DNA of 64,000 nucleotides from an uncultured Eubacteriales bacterium (GTDB lineage: Bacteria; Actinomycetota; Coriobacteriia; Anaerosomatales; JAAXUF01): assembly GCA_964541225.1 (NCBI GenBank), contig CAZIPN010000004.1, positions 24,382 to 88,381 of the forward strand, given 5' to 3'. This document shows, one piece after another, positions 29,075 to 37,901 of this stretch (position 1 is the first letter of the stretch; the number at the start of each line of letters is the position of its first letter). The position numbers and the translations under genes were made by a program. The notes below the pieces were generated by a model. The model did no database searches and had not been told where the DNA came from. It saw only the letters and a program-made list of their open reading frames with translations.

Positions 29075-31084
29075 ATGACGATGTCCGAAACGACTTCAAT
29101 TGCCGGACGCGTACTCGACGGGCTGGTGTCGGCGGGGATTCTGTCCGCCGATCAAGAAGCCAGCGCGCGAGACGGTGCGGCATCCGATGCAGACGCCGGC
29201 CGTTCTCTGGTCTCCCTCGGGGCCATCAACTCAGCTCAGATCGCGACCGTGCTCGAAGAAGGCATGGGCGTTCCGCGGGTTGACCTGGCGAGCTACGCGC
29301 CCGATGATGACGCGCTTGTGCGTGTTCCCGCAGACATCGCGCGGGCTCATCATGTGCTCCCGCTCTTTGAGATCGAAGGAATGCTGACGGTTGCCATCGG
29401 CGATCCACAAGACGTGTTCGGGCTCGACTCCCTAGGATCCGAGCTCTCGCTTGAAGTGGAGATGGTGCTTGCCGACGCTCCGGCGGTCACCTCTTCGATC
29501 GCGCAATACTATGGCGCACCTGCAGCCGAGCAGGAACAGCTTGAGGTCGCAGAGCCCCTGGGCGCTGCGGAGCCGGTTGCCGAGTCCGTCACTGAGCCGG
29601 TTGCGCAGGTTCCCGAGATGTCAGAGATCGTTGAGCCAGTAGCTGAGTTCGGGGCCCCAGCCGGCCAACCTGGCGGTCAGGTGCCGGACGAGGGCGTGTA
29701 CTTCGATGGCGTGCCGGTTGTGGCGGACGCTGACGAGCTTGAGATGTCGGCGACGGACTTCTTCGAAGTGAGCGAGGACGTTCCGGTCGTTGTGGACGCG
29801 CCCGAGGCCGTGCACGAGGAACTTGAGAGTGCCGAGGCCAATACCGTGCAGACGGTTGAGGAGGTCGTCTCGGCGACCCCGGAATCCACGTCAGGCATTG
29901 ACCTCGACGTGCTTGCGGTCGCGGACGATCGCAAGGTCAGCGTGCTGGTCTCAGACATCCTCGACCAGGCTGTGGCGCGCGGTGCAAACCGCATCCACCT
30001 GCTGCCGTATAAGAACGACTTCTTCCTGGTCTTTCGCATCCAGGGACGGCTCGAGAAGATCGCGAGCGCTCCGCTCTCAATGCAGGGGCCGCTTATCGAG
30101 GGTTTCAAGAACTACGCGAAGCTGGGTGCCGTGCCCGCCGACTTGCCCGCGCTCGGCAGACTCCATGCCGACATCGGCGGCAAGGGGCTGGTGCTCACCG
30201 TTTCGTCGGTACCGACCGTGGCGGGACAACGCCTTGTTGTGTCGATTGCCCCAGCTCGTCCTCAGCCGCGGGATTTCCTCGAACTCGGCATGACAGAAGC
30301 TGAGTCCAAGGCGCTCCAGGCAATGGTTGAGCGCGGACGCGGCATTCTGCTGGTCTCAGCACCCGTCGCCGGTGGGCGTTCCAGCACGTACTACGCTCTG
30401 CTGCAGCACGCTGCTCAGGCCGGAAAGACGGTGTATTCGGTCGAACGATCCATCGAGTATGAGATCCCCGCGGTCGCTCAGGTCCTTGTGAATCCGGGCT
30501 CGCCCGTTGGTGCGGCGTCCTACTTCGCCGCTGGCATGCGGCAAGACACGGACATGCTGGCGATCGACTCGATTCAATCGGTCGAGGACGTTCACCTGGC
30601 GATCGAGGCCGCCGGTCTCGGCAAGCTCGTGATCGCGACGTTTGCGGGAGCCGACATCGTTACGGCCGTGCGCAGGATGCTGGATCTGGGCGCCGAGCCG
30701 GTTTCGCTGGCCAGCGCGCTTACGCTTGGAATCGGGCAGCGCGTTGTGCGGACCAACTGTCCGAGCTGCACGGTCGAGGAGGAGAGTCCGCTGGCCGCCA
30801 AGATTCCGGGAGCCAGCGCGGGCATGACCGCCAGGCGCGGGGCCGGGTGTGCGGCGTGCGCCAACACCGGATTCGCTGGGGCAACCGGGATCTTCGAAGT
30901 GCTGCCCTTCACCGAATCCATGCGCGCTGAGATCGCGCGCGGCGCAACTGCCGAGCAACTCCTGGCCGCCGCACGTGCTGCCGGCATGCGCCCGATGATC
31001 GCGTCGGGTCTCGCGAAGGTGCGTGAGGGCGTGATCAGCGCCGAGGAACTCGATCGCGTACTGCGTTTCTCGGTGTCGAGGTGA
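29075..31084 (+). CDS. PilB/GspE-family protein with degenerate ATPase motifs (predicted pseudo-ATPase). It has an N-terminal T2SSE_N/MshEN-like domain and retains the CxxC...CxxC motif.
   Basis: 669 aa. T2SSE_N pattern (VPRVDL...ARAHHVLPLFEIEGMLTVAIGDPQD). The Walker A position reads APVAGGRSST, Walker B reads DTDMLAIDSIQS and the His box reads GKLVIATFAGA. NCPSC...GCAAC is retained. Confidence 0.8.
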   Translation: MTMSETTSIAGRVLDGLVSAGILSADQEASARDGAASDADAGRSLVSLGAINSAQIATVLEEGMGVPRVDLASYAPDDDALVRVPADIARAHHVLPLFEIEGMLTVAIGDPQDVFGLDSLGSELSLEVEMVLADAPAVTSSIAQYYGAPAAEQEQLEVAEPLGAAEPVAESVTEPVAQVPEMSEIVEPVAEFGAPAGQPGGQVPDEGVYFDGVPVVADADELEMSATDFFEVSEDVPVVVDAPEAVHEELESAEANTVQTVEEVVSATPESTSGIDLDVLAVADDRKVSVLVSDILDQAVARGANRIHLLPYKNDFFLVFRIQGRLEKIASAPLSMQGPLIEGFKNYAKLGAVPADLPALGRLHADIGGKGLVLTVSSVPTVAGQRLVVSIAPARPQPRDFLELGMTEAESKALQAMVERGRGILLVSAPVAGGRSSTYYALLQHAAQAGKTVYSVERSIEYEIPAVAQVLVNPGSPVGAASYFAAGMRQDTDMLAIDSIQSVEDVHLAIEAAGLGKLVIATFAGADIVTAVRRMLDLGAEPVSLASALTLGIGQRVVRTNCPSCTVEEESPLAAKIPGASAGMTARRGAGCAACANTGFAGATGIFEVLPFTESMRAEIARGATAEQLLAAARAAGMRPMIASGLAKVREGVISAEELDRVLRFSVSR

Positions 31085-31578
31085 GTGCGTTGGCCAAGAC
31101 CAACATCCCAGATCGTTCTGAGGTCGCGGCACAGGCGGACACCGGCGAGATCGAACGAGTCGTCGCGTTTCATCTGAGTGGCCAACGCTACGCATTGCCC
31201 ATCGGGCGGGTTCGTGAGATCCAGCAGATCGTGGCACTTTCCGATGTTCCCGAGGGCGTCAACGGCGTTGTCGGGATGGTCAATCTCCGGGGCCAGGTCA
31301 TTCCAGCGGTCGACATGCGCCGGTTGGTTGGGCTCGAAGTGCGCGAGTATACGCTGGAGACGCCGATGGTGATCACCGAGATTCATGGCCGGGTTGTGGC
31401 GCTGCTCGTTGACGAGGTCGAGGACGTGCTTGAGGTGCCCGAAGGCGCGATGCAAGAGGCGCCGCCCCTGCACCAGCTGTCCGGAAGCATGATCGGCGTC
31501 GTTCGGCTTGCCGATGGTCTTGTCTACGTCCTCGATCCCGATCGGCTTGTCGGGATGGACCTTCTTGAGCGGGCCTGA
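31081..31578 (+). CDS. cheW: CheW-like coupling protein 1
   Basis: 165 aa. VVAFHLSGQRYALPIGRVREI...GMVNLRGQVIPAVDMR. GTGA overlap with the previous gene. Confidence 0.85.
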   Translation: MSALAKTNIPDRSEVAAQADTGEIERVVAFHLSGQRYALPIGRVREIQQIVALSDVPEGVNGVVGMVNLRGQVIPAVDMRRLVGLEVREYTLETPMVITEIHGRVVALLVDEVEDVLEVPEGAMQEAPPLHQLSGSMIGVVRLADGLVYVLDPDRLVGMDLLERA

Positions 31579-31580
31579 TC

Positions 31581-32132
31581 GTGAGCGCCGAGAACTCCTC
31601 CCGGGACACGAGCACGGCCGCTGAGGACATCCTCGCTCGTCGAGCCGAATCGCTGGCCATGGAGTCGGTCGAGGAGGAAGTGTCGGATCGCATTTCGATG
31701 CTGCGGTTTCGCATCGGAGATGAGTGGTATGCGGTGCGAGTCGCGGACGTGCGCGAGATCTTCCAGGAATACGACGTCACGGGAGTGCCGGGTACTCCGC
31801 CCTACGTTCTCGGCGTGACCAACGTGCGAGGTGAGATTCTGTCGGTGACAGATCCAGCGCTCTTGGTTGGATTGGGCAAGATCGTCGGAACGGGCGAGGG
31901 GCAACCCCCGGCTATCGTCGTGAAGAATGGTGTGGTGACAACAGCGCTGGTTGTCGATGAGATAGGTGACATCGTTGAAGTTGCGAACGAACTGCTGGAA
32001 CCGCCGGTCGGCTTGATGGATCGCGCACAAGCTGAGTTCGTAGCTGGATCGGTGTTTGTGAACGGTACCATGATCGGTTTGCTCGACGTAGGAAGAGTGC
32101 TTGAGCCGGTGGATACGTCCAACCGACGCTAG
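31581..32132 (+). CDS. cheW: CheW-like coupling protein 2
   Basis: 183 aa. MLRFRIGDEWYAVRVADVREI...GVTNVRGEILSVTD. Confidence 0.85.
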   Translation: MSAENSSRDTSTAAEDILARRAESLAMESVEEEVSDRISMLRFRIGDEWYAVRVADVREIFQEYDVTGVPGTPPYVLGVTNVRGEILSVTDPALLVGLGKIVGTGEGQPPAIVVKNGVVTTALVVDEIGDIVEVANELLEPPVGLMDRAQAEFVAGSVFVNGTMIGLLDVGRVLEPVDTSNRR

Positions 32133-32153
32133 ACCGGGAGGTCGACGGTAGCA

Positions 32154-33380
32154 ATGCAGATCTGGAAGAAGCTCAACAGTCGGATTCTGTATCGGCTCAC
32201 GCTCACGACGGTGGTGATGCAGATCGCCTACGTCGTGATCCAGCTGCTGCTCATTGACGTGTTCTTCAGCAAGCAGATCGCGGCTGACCCGCGGATCATG
32301 CAGAGCCTCGCGCTAGTCATCGGTGCGTCCGTGGTGGTGCTCGTGGTCTGGGCGTTTGCGGTGTACGCCGTTGCCAGGCGGTCGCTTGGGCCGCTGTCGG
32401 CCATCGTTACAAGTGTTCAGGCGGCATGCCAAGGCGACATCGGGCACAAGGTCGAAGTCAACACTGCCGACGAGATCGGGACGCTCGCGACTTCTTACAA
32501 CCAGATGCTCGACCTGATCGTCTACCTCATCCGGCAGACGCAAGAATCCTCGAAGCGTTTGGCAGGTTCGAGCAACGACATCCTCTCGGCGACTGAGGAG
32601 CAGGCTTCTGGAGCCGCTCAGCAGGCCGCTTCCATCAGCGAAACGACTGCGACGATGGAGGAGCTGGCGAGCACCTATCGGCAGATCGCCGAGAACGCCG
32701 ATCACGTTGTGACGATGGCCGAGGCCTCGCTCGGCAGCGCCGAGAATGGGCAGCAGGCCGTCGCGAATACGCTCTCGGCGATGGAAGAGATCAAGACCCG
32801 TACGCAAGCCAGCGCGAACAAGATTCTGGCGCTCGGCGAGCGCAGTCAACAGATCGGGCAGGTGCTCTCAATCATCAACGGGATTGCCGACCAGACCAAG
32901 ATCCTCGCGCTCAACGCCGCCATCGAGGCCGCTCGAGCTGGCGAGGCGGGGAAGGGCTTCTCGGTCGTTGCCATCGAAATCCGCAAGCTCGCCGAGTCGG
33001 TTGTCGATTCGACCGGAGAGATCAGCGGCATCATGACCGAGATCCAGAGTTCGGCCAACGATCTGGTGATCTCGACAGAGCAAGAGCTGCGTCACGTGCA
33101 GGTGGGCGTCGACCTGGCCCACACCACGGGCGAGAGCCTGGACAGCATCCTGGAACTCATCGAGCAGACCACCGTGGCGGCCAAGGAGATCTCGGCGGCC
33201 ACGCAGCAACAGAAGAGCGCGACCGACCAGGTCGTCAAGGCGATGCGCGAGGTTGCGGCGGTTGCACAGCAGACCGCAGCGGGTTCTCGGCAGGTGGCTT
33301 CGGCTGCTGAGGCGCTATCCGGCATGGCGAAGGAGTCGAGCCAGGTTGGCTCGGCGTTCCAGATCGTCGAGGGCGCCTAG
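32154..33380 (+). CDS. methyl-accepting chemotaxis protein without an obvious ligand-binding domain (2 TM, HAMP, short signalling domain)
   Basis: 408 aa. Hairpin tip IADQTKILALNAAIEAARAGEAGKGFSVVAIEIRKLAE. Only a short loop lies between the two TM segments. Confidence 0.9.
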   Translation: MQIWKKLNSRILYRLTLTTVVMQIAYVVIQLLLIDVFFSKQIAADPRIMQSLALVIGASVVVLVVWAFAVYAVARRSLGPLSAIVTSVQAACQGDIGHKVEVNTADEIGTLATSYNQMLDLIVYLIRQTQESSKRLAGSSNDILSATEEQASGAAQQAASISETTATMEELASTYRQIAENADHVVTMAEASLGSAENGQQAVANTLSAMEEIKTRTQASANKILALGERSQQIGQVLSIINGIADQTKILALNAAIEAARAGEAGKGFSVVAIEIRKLAESVVDSTGEISGIMTEIQSSANDLVISTEQELRHVQVGVDLAHTTGESLDSILELIEQTTVAAKEISAATQQQKSATDQVVKAMREVAAVAQQTAAGSRQVASAAEALSGMAKESSQVGSAFQIVEGA

Positions 33381-33419
33381 TCCCGCAACGCGTGACTCCC
33401 GGCAAGGAGCGGAAGGCCG

Positions 33420-35810
33420 ATGGTCGAGTTTGACCGCAGCGCGTTCATATCGAAGTTCCAAGAAGAGGCGCAGGACCTTCTGCAGCGCCTCAACGAGGGC
33501 GTTATCACACTGGAGTCGGAGCCGGCCAACCGCGAACTCATCGACCAGATGCTACGCGACGCCCACACACTCAAGGGTTCGTCGCGCATGGTCGGCCTCA
33601 TCGAGATCTCCGACGTGGCCCATTCGCTCGAAGACATCATGGTCAAGGTTCGCGAGAAGGAGATCGAGTACACCGCCGACATGACCGACTCGTTCTTCGA
33701 GGCGCTCGACGCGATCGTCTACCTGACTGAAAACGCTGGCGTCAACGTGGACGATGCGATCGACCTCGGCGTCATCAGAGAGCGGCTGAACTCGGCTGCG
33801 GGCATCGTCGAAGAAGAAGAGGGCACGCAGGAGTCCAACGAGTCAGCGCCCGCTCCGGCAGCGCCCAAGAAGCGAACCCGGCGCAAGAAGGCGTTGAGTG
33901 CGTCTTCAGAGGCCGCTGGCCAGCCGGGGCGTGAGTCCGACGAAGAGGCACCCGCCGAGGACCAGACCGCCGAAGACCAGACCGCCGAAGACACCGGCTC
34001 CGAGACAGAGGGCGAGGAACTCGCCGAGGGCGGGCACACTCACACCGTCCAGCGCGAGGGCGAACTCAAGTCCAAGTCCCAGCAAACCATCCGCGTCCGC
34101 ACCCACCAGGTCGATGAGCTCCTCAACGTGATCAGCGAAGTTGTGATCGGCCAGATCAAGACCGAGCAACGCACGCTGGATGTGCGGGGAGTCCAGTCTC
34201 ATGCCAACGATGCGTGGCAAGCATGGGTTCGCGTGAAATCGGCGCTCTCATCGATGGGCAGCCTCGAACTTGTGGAGGCGCTGTCAGACGATCTCAACGC
34301 GCTCGACGTGGCGCTTGCGGAGTCCAAGCGTGAGCTAGCGGAGTTCTTGAAGCAGTACAGCGATGACACATCTCGGACCTCGGTGGTCGTCAATGACTTG
34401 CAGGAACTCGGCATGGGGCTTCGCATGCTTCCGGCCAACACGATCTTCCAGGCGTTTCCGCGCGCGGTGAGAGACCTTGCGAAGCAGTTCCACAAGGACA
34501 TTGAGTTGGTCATCGAAGGCGGTACGACCGAACTCGACAAGAAGGTGCTCGAGGAGATCAACGATCCGCTCGTGCATATCATGCGCAACGCTGTCGACCA
34601 CGGAATTGAGTCTCCCGCCGAGCGGGTTGCTGCCGGGAAGCCAGCGACCGGAACGATCACGCTGGCCGCTCGGCAAGAGGGCGACCGTATCGTCATCGAG
34701 ATCGGCGACGATGGGGCGGGCATCGACCCAGTCAAGATTCGCGAAAACGCCGTTCGCAAGGGCTACGTGACTGAAGCCGAGGCCAAGGGCATGTCTGACC
34801 GCGAGGCACAGTACATGATCTTCGAGGCTGGGTTCTCCACCGCGCCGATCATCACCGAGATATCTGGACGAGGCGTCGGCATGGACGTCGTTCGTGAGTT
34901 CGTGGTGGAGAAACTGAAAGGCTCGCTCGATCTTGACTCCGCGAGGGGCAAGGGCACGACGTTTCGCCTCACCATTCCGCTCACGCTCGCGATCATCCGT
35001 GCCCTGCTGCTTCGTGTCGGCGAGCACATCTACGCGCTGCCTACCGGCTCGATCGAAGAGACCATGCGCGTGTCGCCGAGCGAAATCATCAAGGTCGAGG
35101 GGCGTGAGGTCATCCGGCGTCAGCGCAGAACGATTCCACTTGTGCGCCTCGCCGACATCCTCGGCGTTGCTTCCGATCCGCCGTCTAGCAAGGTGCCGAT
35201 AGCGACGATTGGGTACTCGGGCCACCGCATGGGCTTCATCGTCGACTCATTCGTCGGCGAGCAGCAGATTGTGATCAAGACGCTCGGGTCGCACCTGATC
35301 AAAGTCGACAACGTCGCGGGCGTGACGATTCTTGGCGCGGGCGAGGTCGTCCCAATCCTGAATGTTCCAGATCTCATGAACAACGCGCGCACGCGAAGCG
35401 GTCAGCGGGTCGGGAGGATCGAGAAGCAGGAGAGGGCTGGTTCTCGGCGCATTCTGATCTGCGAAGACTCGTTTACCACGAGGGAACTCGAGCGATCGAT
35501 CTTCGAGGCGGCCGGCTATGAAGTTGAGACCGCCAACGATGGCGCTCAAGGGCTCGGCAGGCTGAAGGAAGGGCTGAAGATCGACGCGGTGGTGACCGAC
35601 GTCCAGATGCCCAACATGACGGGTTTCGAGCTCACGCGAGCGATCAAGAGCGATGCGAACCTGGAATCCATTCCTGTCGTCATCGTGACCTCGCTGGAAC
35701 GCGATGAAGAGAAGGCCGAGGGCGTCGAGGCCGGTGCGGATGCCTATATCACGAAGTCAGTGTTCAACCAGGACACGCTGCTCGACACGGTCGAGCGCCT
35801 GATCCGCTAA
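33420..35810 (+). CDS. cheA: hybrid CheA histidine kinase with C-terminal receiver (Hpt - acidic linker - dimerisation - HATPase - CheW - REC)
   Basis: 796 aa. Hpt HTLKGSSRMVG. N box HIMRNAVDHGIE. G boxes DDGAGID and GRGVGMDVV. CheW-like domain. REC ILICEDS...DVQMPNMTG. Confidence 0.93.
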   Translation: MVEFDRSAFISKFQEEAQDLLQRLNEGVITLESEPANRELIDQMLRDAHTLKGSSRMVGLIEISDVAHSLEDIMVKVREKEIEYTADMTDSFFEALDAIVYLTENAGVNVDDAIDLGVIRERLNSAAGIVEEEEGTQESNESAPAPAAPKKRTRRKKALSASSEAAGQPGRESDEEAPAEDQTAEDQTAEDTGSETEGEELAEGGHTHTVQREGELKSKSQQTIRVRTHQVDELLNVISEVVIGQIKTEQRTLDVRGVQSHANDAWQAWVRVKSALSSMGSLELVEALSDDLNALDVALAESKRELAEFLKQYSDDTSRTSVVVNDLQELGMGLRMLPANTIFQAFPRAVRDLAKQFHKDIELVIEGGTTELDKKVLEEINDPLVHIMRNAVDHGIESPAERVAAGKPATGTITLAARQEGDRIVIEIGDDGAGIDPVKIRENAVRKGYVTEAEAKGMSDREAQYMIFEAGFSTAPIITEISGRGVGMDVVREFVVEKLKGSLDLDSARGKGTTFRLTIPLTLAIIRALLLRVGEHIYALPTGSIEETMRVSPSEIIKVEGREVIRRQRRTIPLVRLADILGVASDPPSSKVPIATIGYSGHRMGFIVDSFVGEQQIVIKTLGSHLIKVDNVAGVTILGAGEVVPILNVPDLMNNARTRSGQRVGRIEKQERAGSRRILICEDSFTTRELERSIFEAAGYEVETANDGAQGLGRLKEGLKIDAVVTDVQMPNMTGFELTRAIKSDANLESIPVVIVTSLERDEEKAEGVEAGADAYITKSVFNQDTLLDTVERLIR

Positions 35811-35827
35811 GCGCGAAGGCGGCACAC

Positions 35828-36874
35828 ATGCCTCCAGCAGGCAGCAAGGTACGCGTGGTCATTGCGGACGACTCTCTTGTCGCCCGAGAGATGCTGTCCA
35901 CGATTCTCTCATCCGACCCCGACATCGAAGTTGTGGGTCTCGCATCGGATGGTGCCGAGGCGGTCGAGCTTGTCGAGCGGCTGCGCCCGGATCTCGTGAC
36001 CATGGACATCCACATGCCCAAGATGAACGGCCTGGAAGCCACGGAACGCATCATGGCCTTTCATCCCACTCCCATTCTTGTGGTGTCCTCGTCGGTGCAC
36101 GGAGAGGGCATTGGGCTGGCGTTCGACGCGCTTACGCTCGGCGCACTTGAGGTGATCAAGAAGCCGGAACCGCGCGATTGGGCGGACCTGGAGCGCATTG
36201 GCAGCGAGGTGCTGCGCAAGGTCAAGATTCTGGCACGCGTCAAGGTGATTACGCATATCAGGGGGCGACGCGACCGCTCGGGTGAAGTGAGGCCCCAGAG
36301 CCACGCCGAGGTTCCGGCTCGCGGGGTCGTCGCAATCGGATCCTCAACTGGCGGGCCTTCGGCGTTGCTGACGGTCTTTCAGCAGTTGCCAGCATCGCTT
36401 CCCGTGCCGATTCTCGTGGCGCAACACATCGCCGACGGCTTCATCCCCGGGCTCGTGAGCTGGTTGGACGCGAGCGTTCACGTGCGCGTTGTGGCCGCCG
36501 AGAAGGACGCGTTGCCAGAACCTGGGGTGGTCTACATCGCACCGACGGGGACCAACATGGTCCTTGAGGGCAAGCGCATAGCGTTTCGTCCACCTGGCCC
36601 CGGTCAGCTCTACATCCCGAGCGCAGACAGCCTGTTCGAGTCTGTCGGGCGCTCGTATGGCAAGCATGCAGTCGGCGTGATCCTCACCGGAATGGGGGCC
36701 GACGGAGCGTCGGGCTTGAAATCGATGCACGACCGTGGCGCCACAACCATCGCTCAGGACGAAGCCACCTGCACGGTCTTTGGCATGCCCAAGGCGGCGA
36801 TCGATCTTGGCGCGGCCGATCAGATCTTGCCGATGGAGAGCATTGGCTCGGCAATCGTCGAGCTCGTAGGGTAG
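35828..36874 (+). CDS. cheB: chemotaxis response regulator protein-glutamate methylesterase
   Basis: 348 aa. REC VVIADDS...DIHMPKMNG. Esterase motifs IGSSTGGP, VAQHI and GMGADG. Confidence 0.92.
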   Translation: MPPAGSKVRVVIADDSLVAREMLSTILSSDPDIEVVGLASDGAEAVELVERLRPDLVTMDIHMPKMNGLEATERIMAFHPTPILVVSSSVHGEGIGLAFDALTLGALEVIKKPEPRDWADLERIGSEVLRKVKILARVKVITHIRGRRDRSGEVRPQSHAEVPARGVVAIGSSTGGPSALLTVFQQLPASLPVPILVAQHIADGFIPGLVSWLDASVHVRVVAAEKDALPEPGVVYIAPTGTNMVLEGKRIAFRPPGPGQLYIPSADSLFESVGRSYGKHAVGVILTGMGADGASGLKSMHDRGATTIAQDEATCTVFGMPKAAIDLGAADQILPMESIGSAIVELVG

Positions 36875-36961
36875 CGCTGCCGCTCCCTCAAGCCCGCAGG
36901 TCGCTCGTCCGTCGCGTGCGCTCGGCCTGCCCGAGTGCGACTACACCGAGCGTAGGGGCGG

Positions 36962-36967
36962 TATACT
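36962..36967 (+). promoter_or_regulatory. candidate -10 box (TATACT) placed for a leaderless murI transcript
   Basis: TATACT ends 7 nt before the murI ATG (36975) and no SD lies in between. Leaderless mRNAs are common in Actinomycetota. Confidence 0.35.
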
Positions 36968-36974
36968 CGCACGT

Positions 36975-37901
36975 ATGGAATCAGCTGCCATCGGCATCTT
37001 CGACAGCGGGCTTGGCGGACTCACGGTTGCGCGGGAGATCGCTCGTGCGCTGCCCGATGAGTCCCTCATCTACCTCGGCGATACGGCGCGTTGGCCGTAT
37101 GGGCCGCGCGACTTCTCTGAAGTCCGGCGATTCGTGCTTGAGATCGGCTGCTGGCTTCAGTCTCACGACGTCAAGTTCATCGTCGTGGCGTGCAACACGG
37201 CGACCGCCGCCGGTCTCATGCTCGCGCAGCGCGCGTTCTCCGTGCCTGTGATCGGCGTCATCGAGCCAGGAGCCCGAGCAGCTGTCATGGCCACGCGCAA
37301 CCGCAGTGTCGGAGTTATCGGCACAGTCGGCACGATCGAATCGGGCGCCTACAGCCGAGCGGTTCGCGCACTGGACGCTGGCGTGACGGTCTTCTCGATC
37401 GCAACACCGCGCTTCGTCGACATCGCCGAGGAGGGTCTGCGCCTCGACGTCGGGCCCGTCGAGGGCCTGCTTGCTGACTCGGCGGACGTCTTCGTACGGC
37501 CGTCCTTCCATGAGATCGCACGCGACTACCTCGATCCTCTCAAGCGAAACGGCATCGACACCCTCGTGCTGGGCTGCACGCACTACCCGCTTCTGTCCAC
37601 GGCGATCCAGCAGGTGGTCGGTGCTCGCGTGCAGCTCATCAGCTCGGCACATGAGACAGCCATCGAAATCGCCGAGACCCTTGCTCGCCGAGGGCAGCTC
37701 GCGCCAACCGGCGCGACACCGCACCACCGCTTCGCGACCACGGGGGACGCTATCGAGTTCCGGCGTCTTGGCTCGCGGGTCTTTGGCTCGCCGATTCCGC
37801 GTGCCGAAACGGTGCCGGTGGCCGCGCTCACGGGCCTACCGAACGGCGAGCTACTCGCGCTTATGGACGATCGAGCGACGTGGGAGGCTTCATGCGCGTG
37901 A
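36975..37901 (+). CDS. murI: glutamate racemase
   Basis: 308 aa. IGIFDSGLGGLTV, VVACNTA and LGCTHYPLL (both catalytic Cys contexts). Confidence 0.92.
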   Translation: MESAAIGIFDSGLGGLTVAREIARALPDESLIYLGDTARWPYGPRDFSEVRRFVLEIGCWLQSHDVKFIVVACNTATAAGLMLAQRAFSVPVIGVIEPGARAAVMATRNRSVGVIGTVGTIESGAYSRAVRALDAGVTVFSIATPRFVDIAEEGLRLDVGPVEGLLADSADVFVRPSFHEIARDYLDPLKRNGIDTLVLGCTHYPLLSTAIQQVVGARVQLISSAHETAIEIAETLARRGQLAPTGATPHHRFATTGDAIEFRRLGSRVFGSPIPRAETVPVAALTGLPNGELLALMDDRATWEASCA

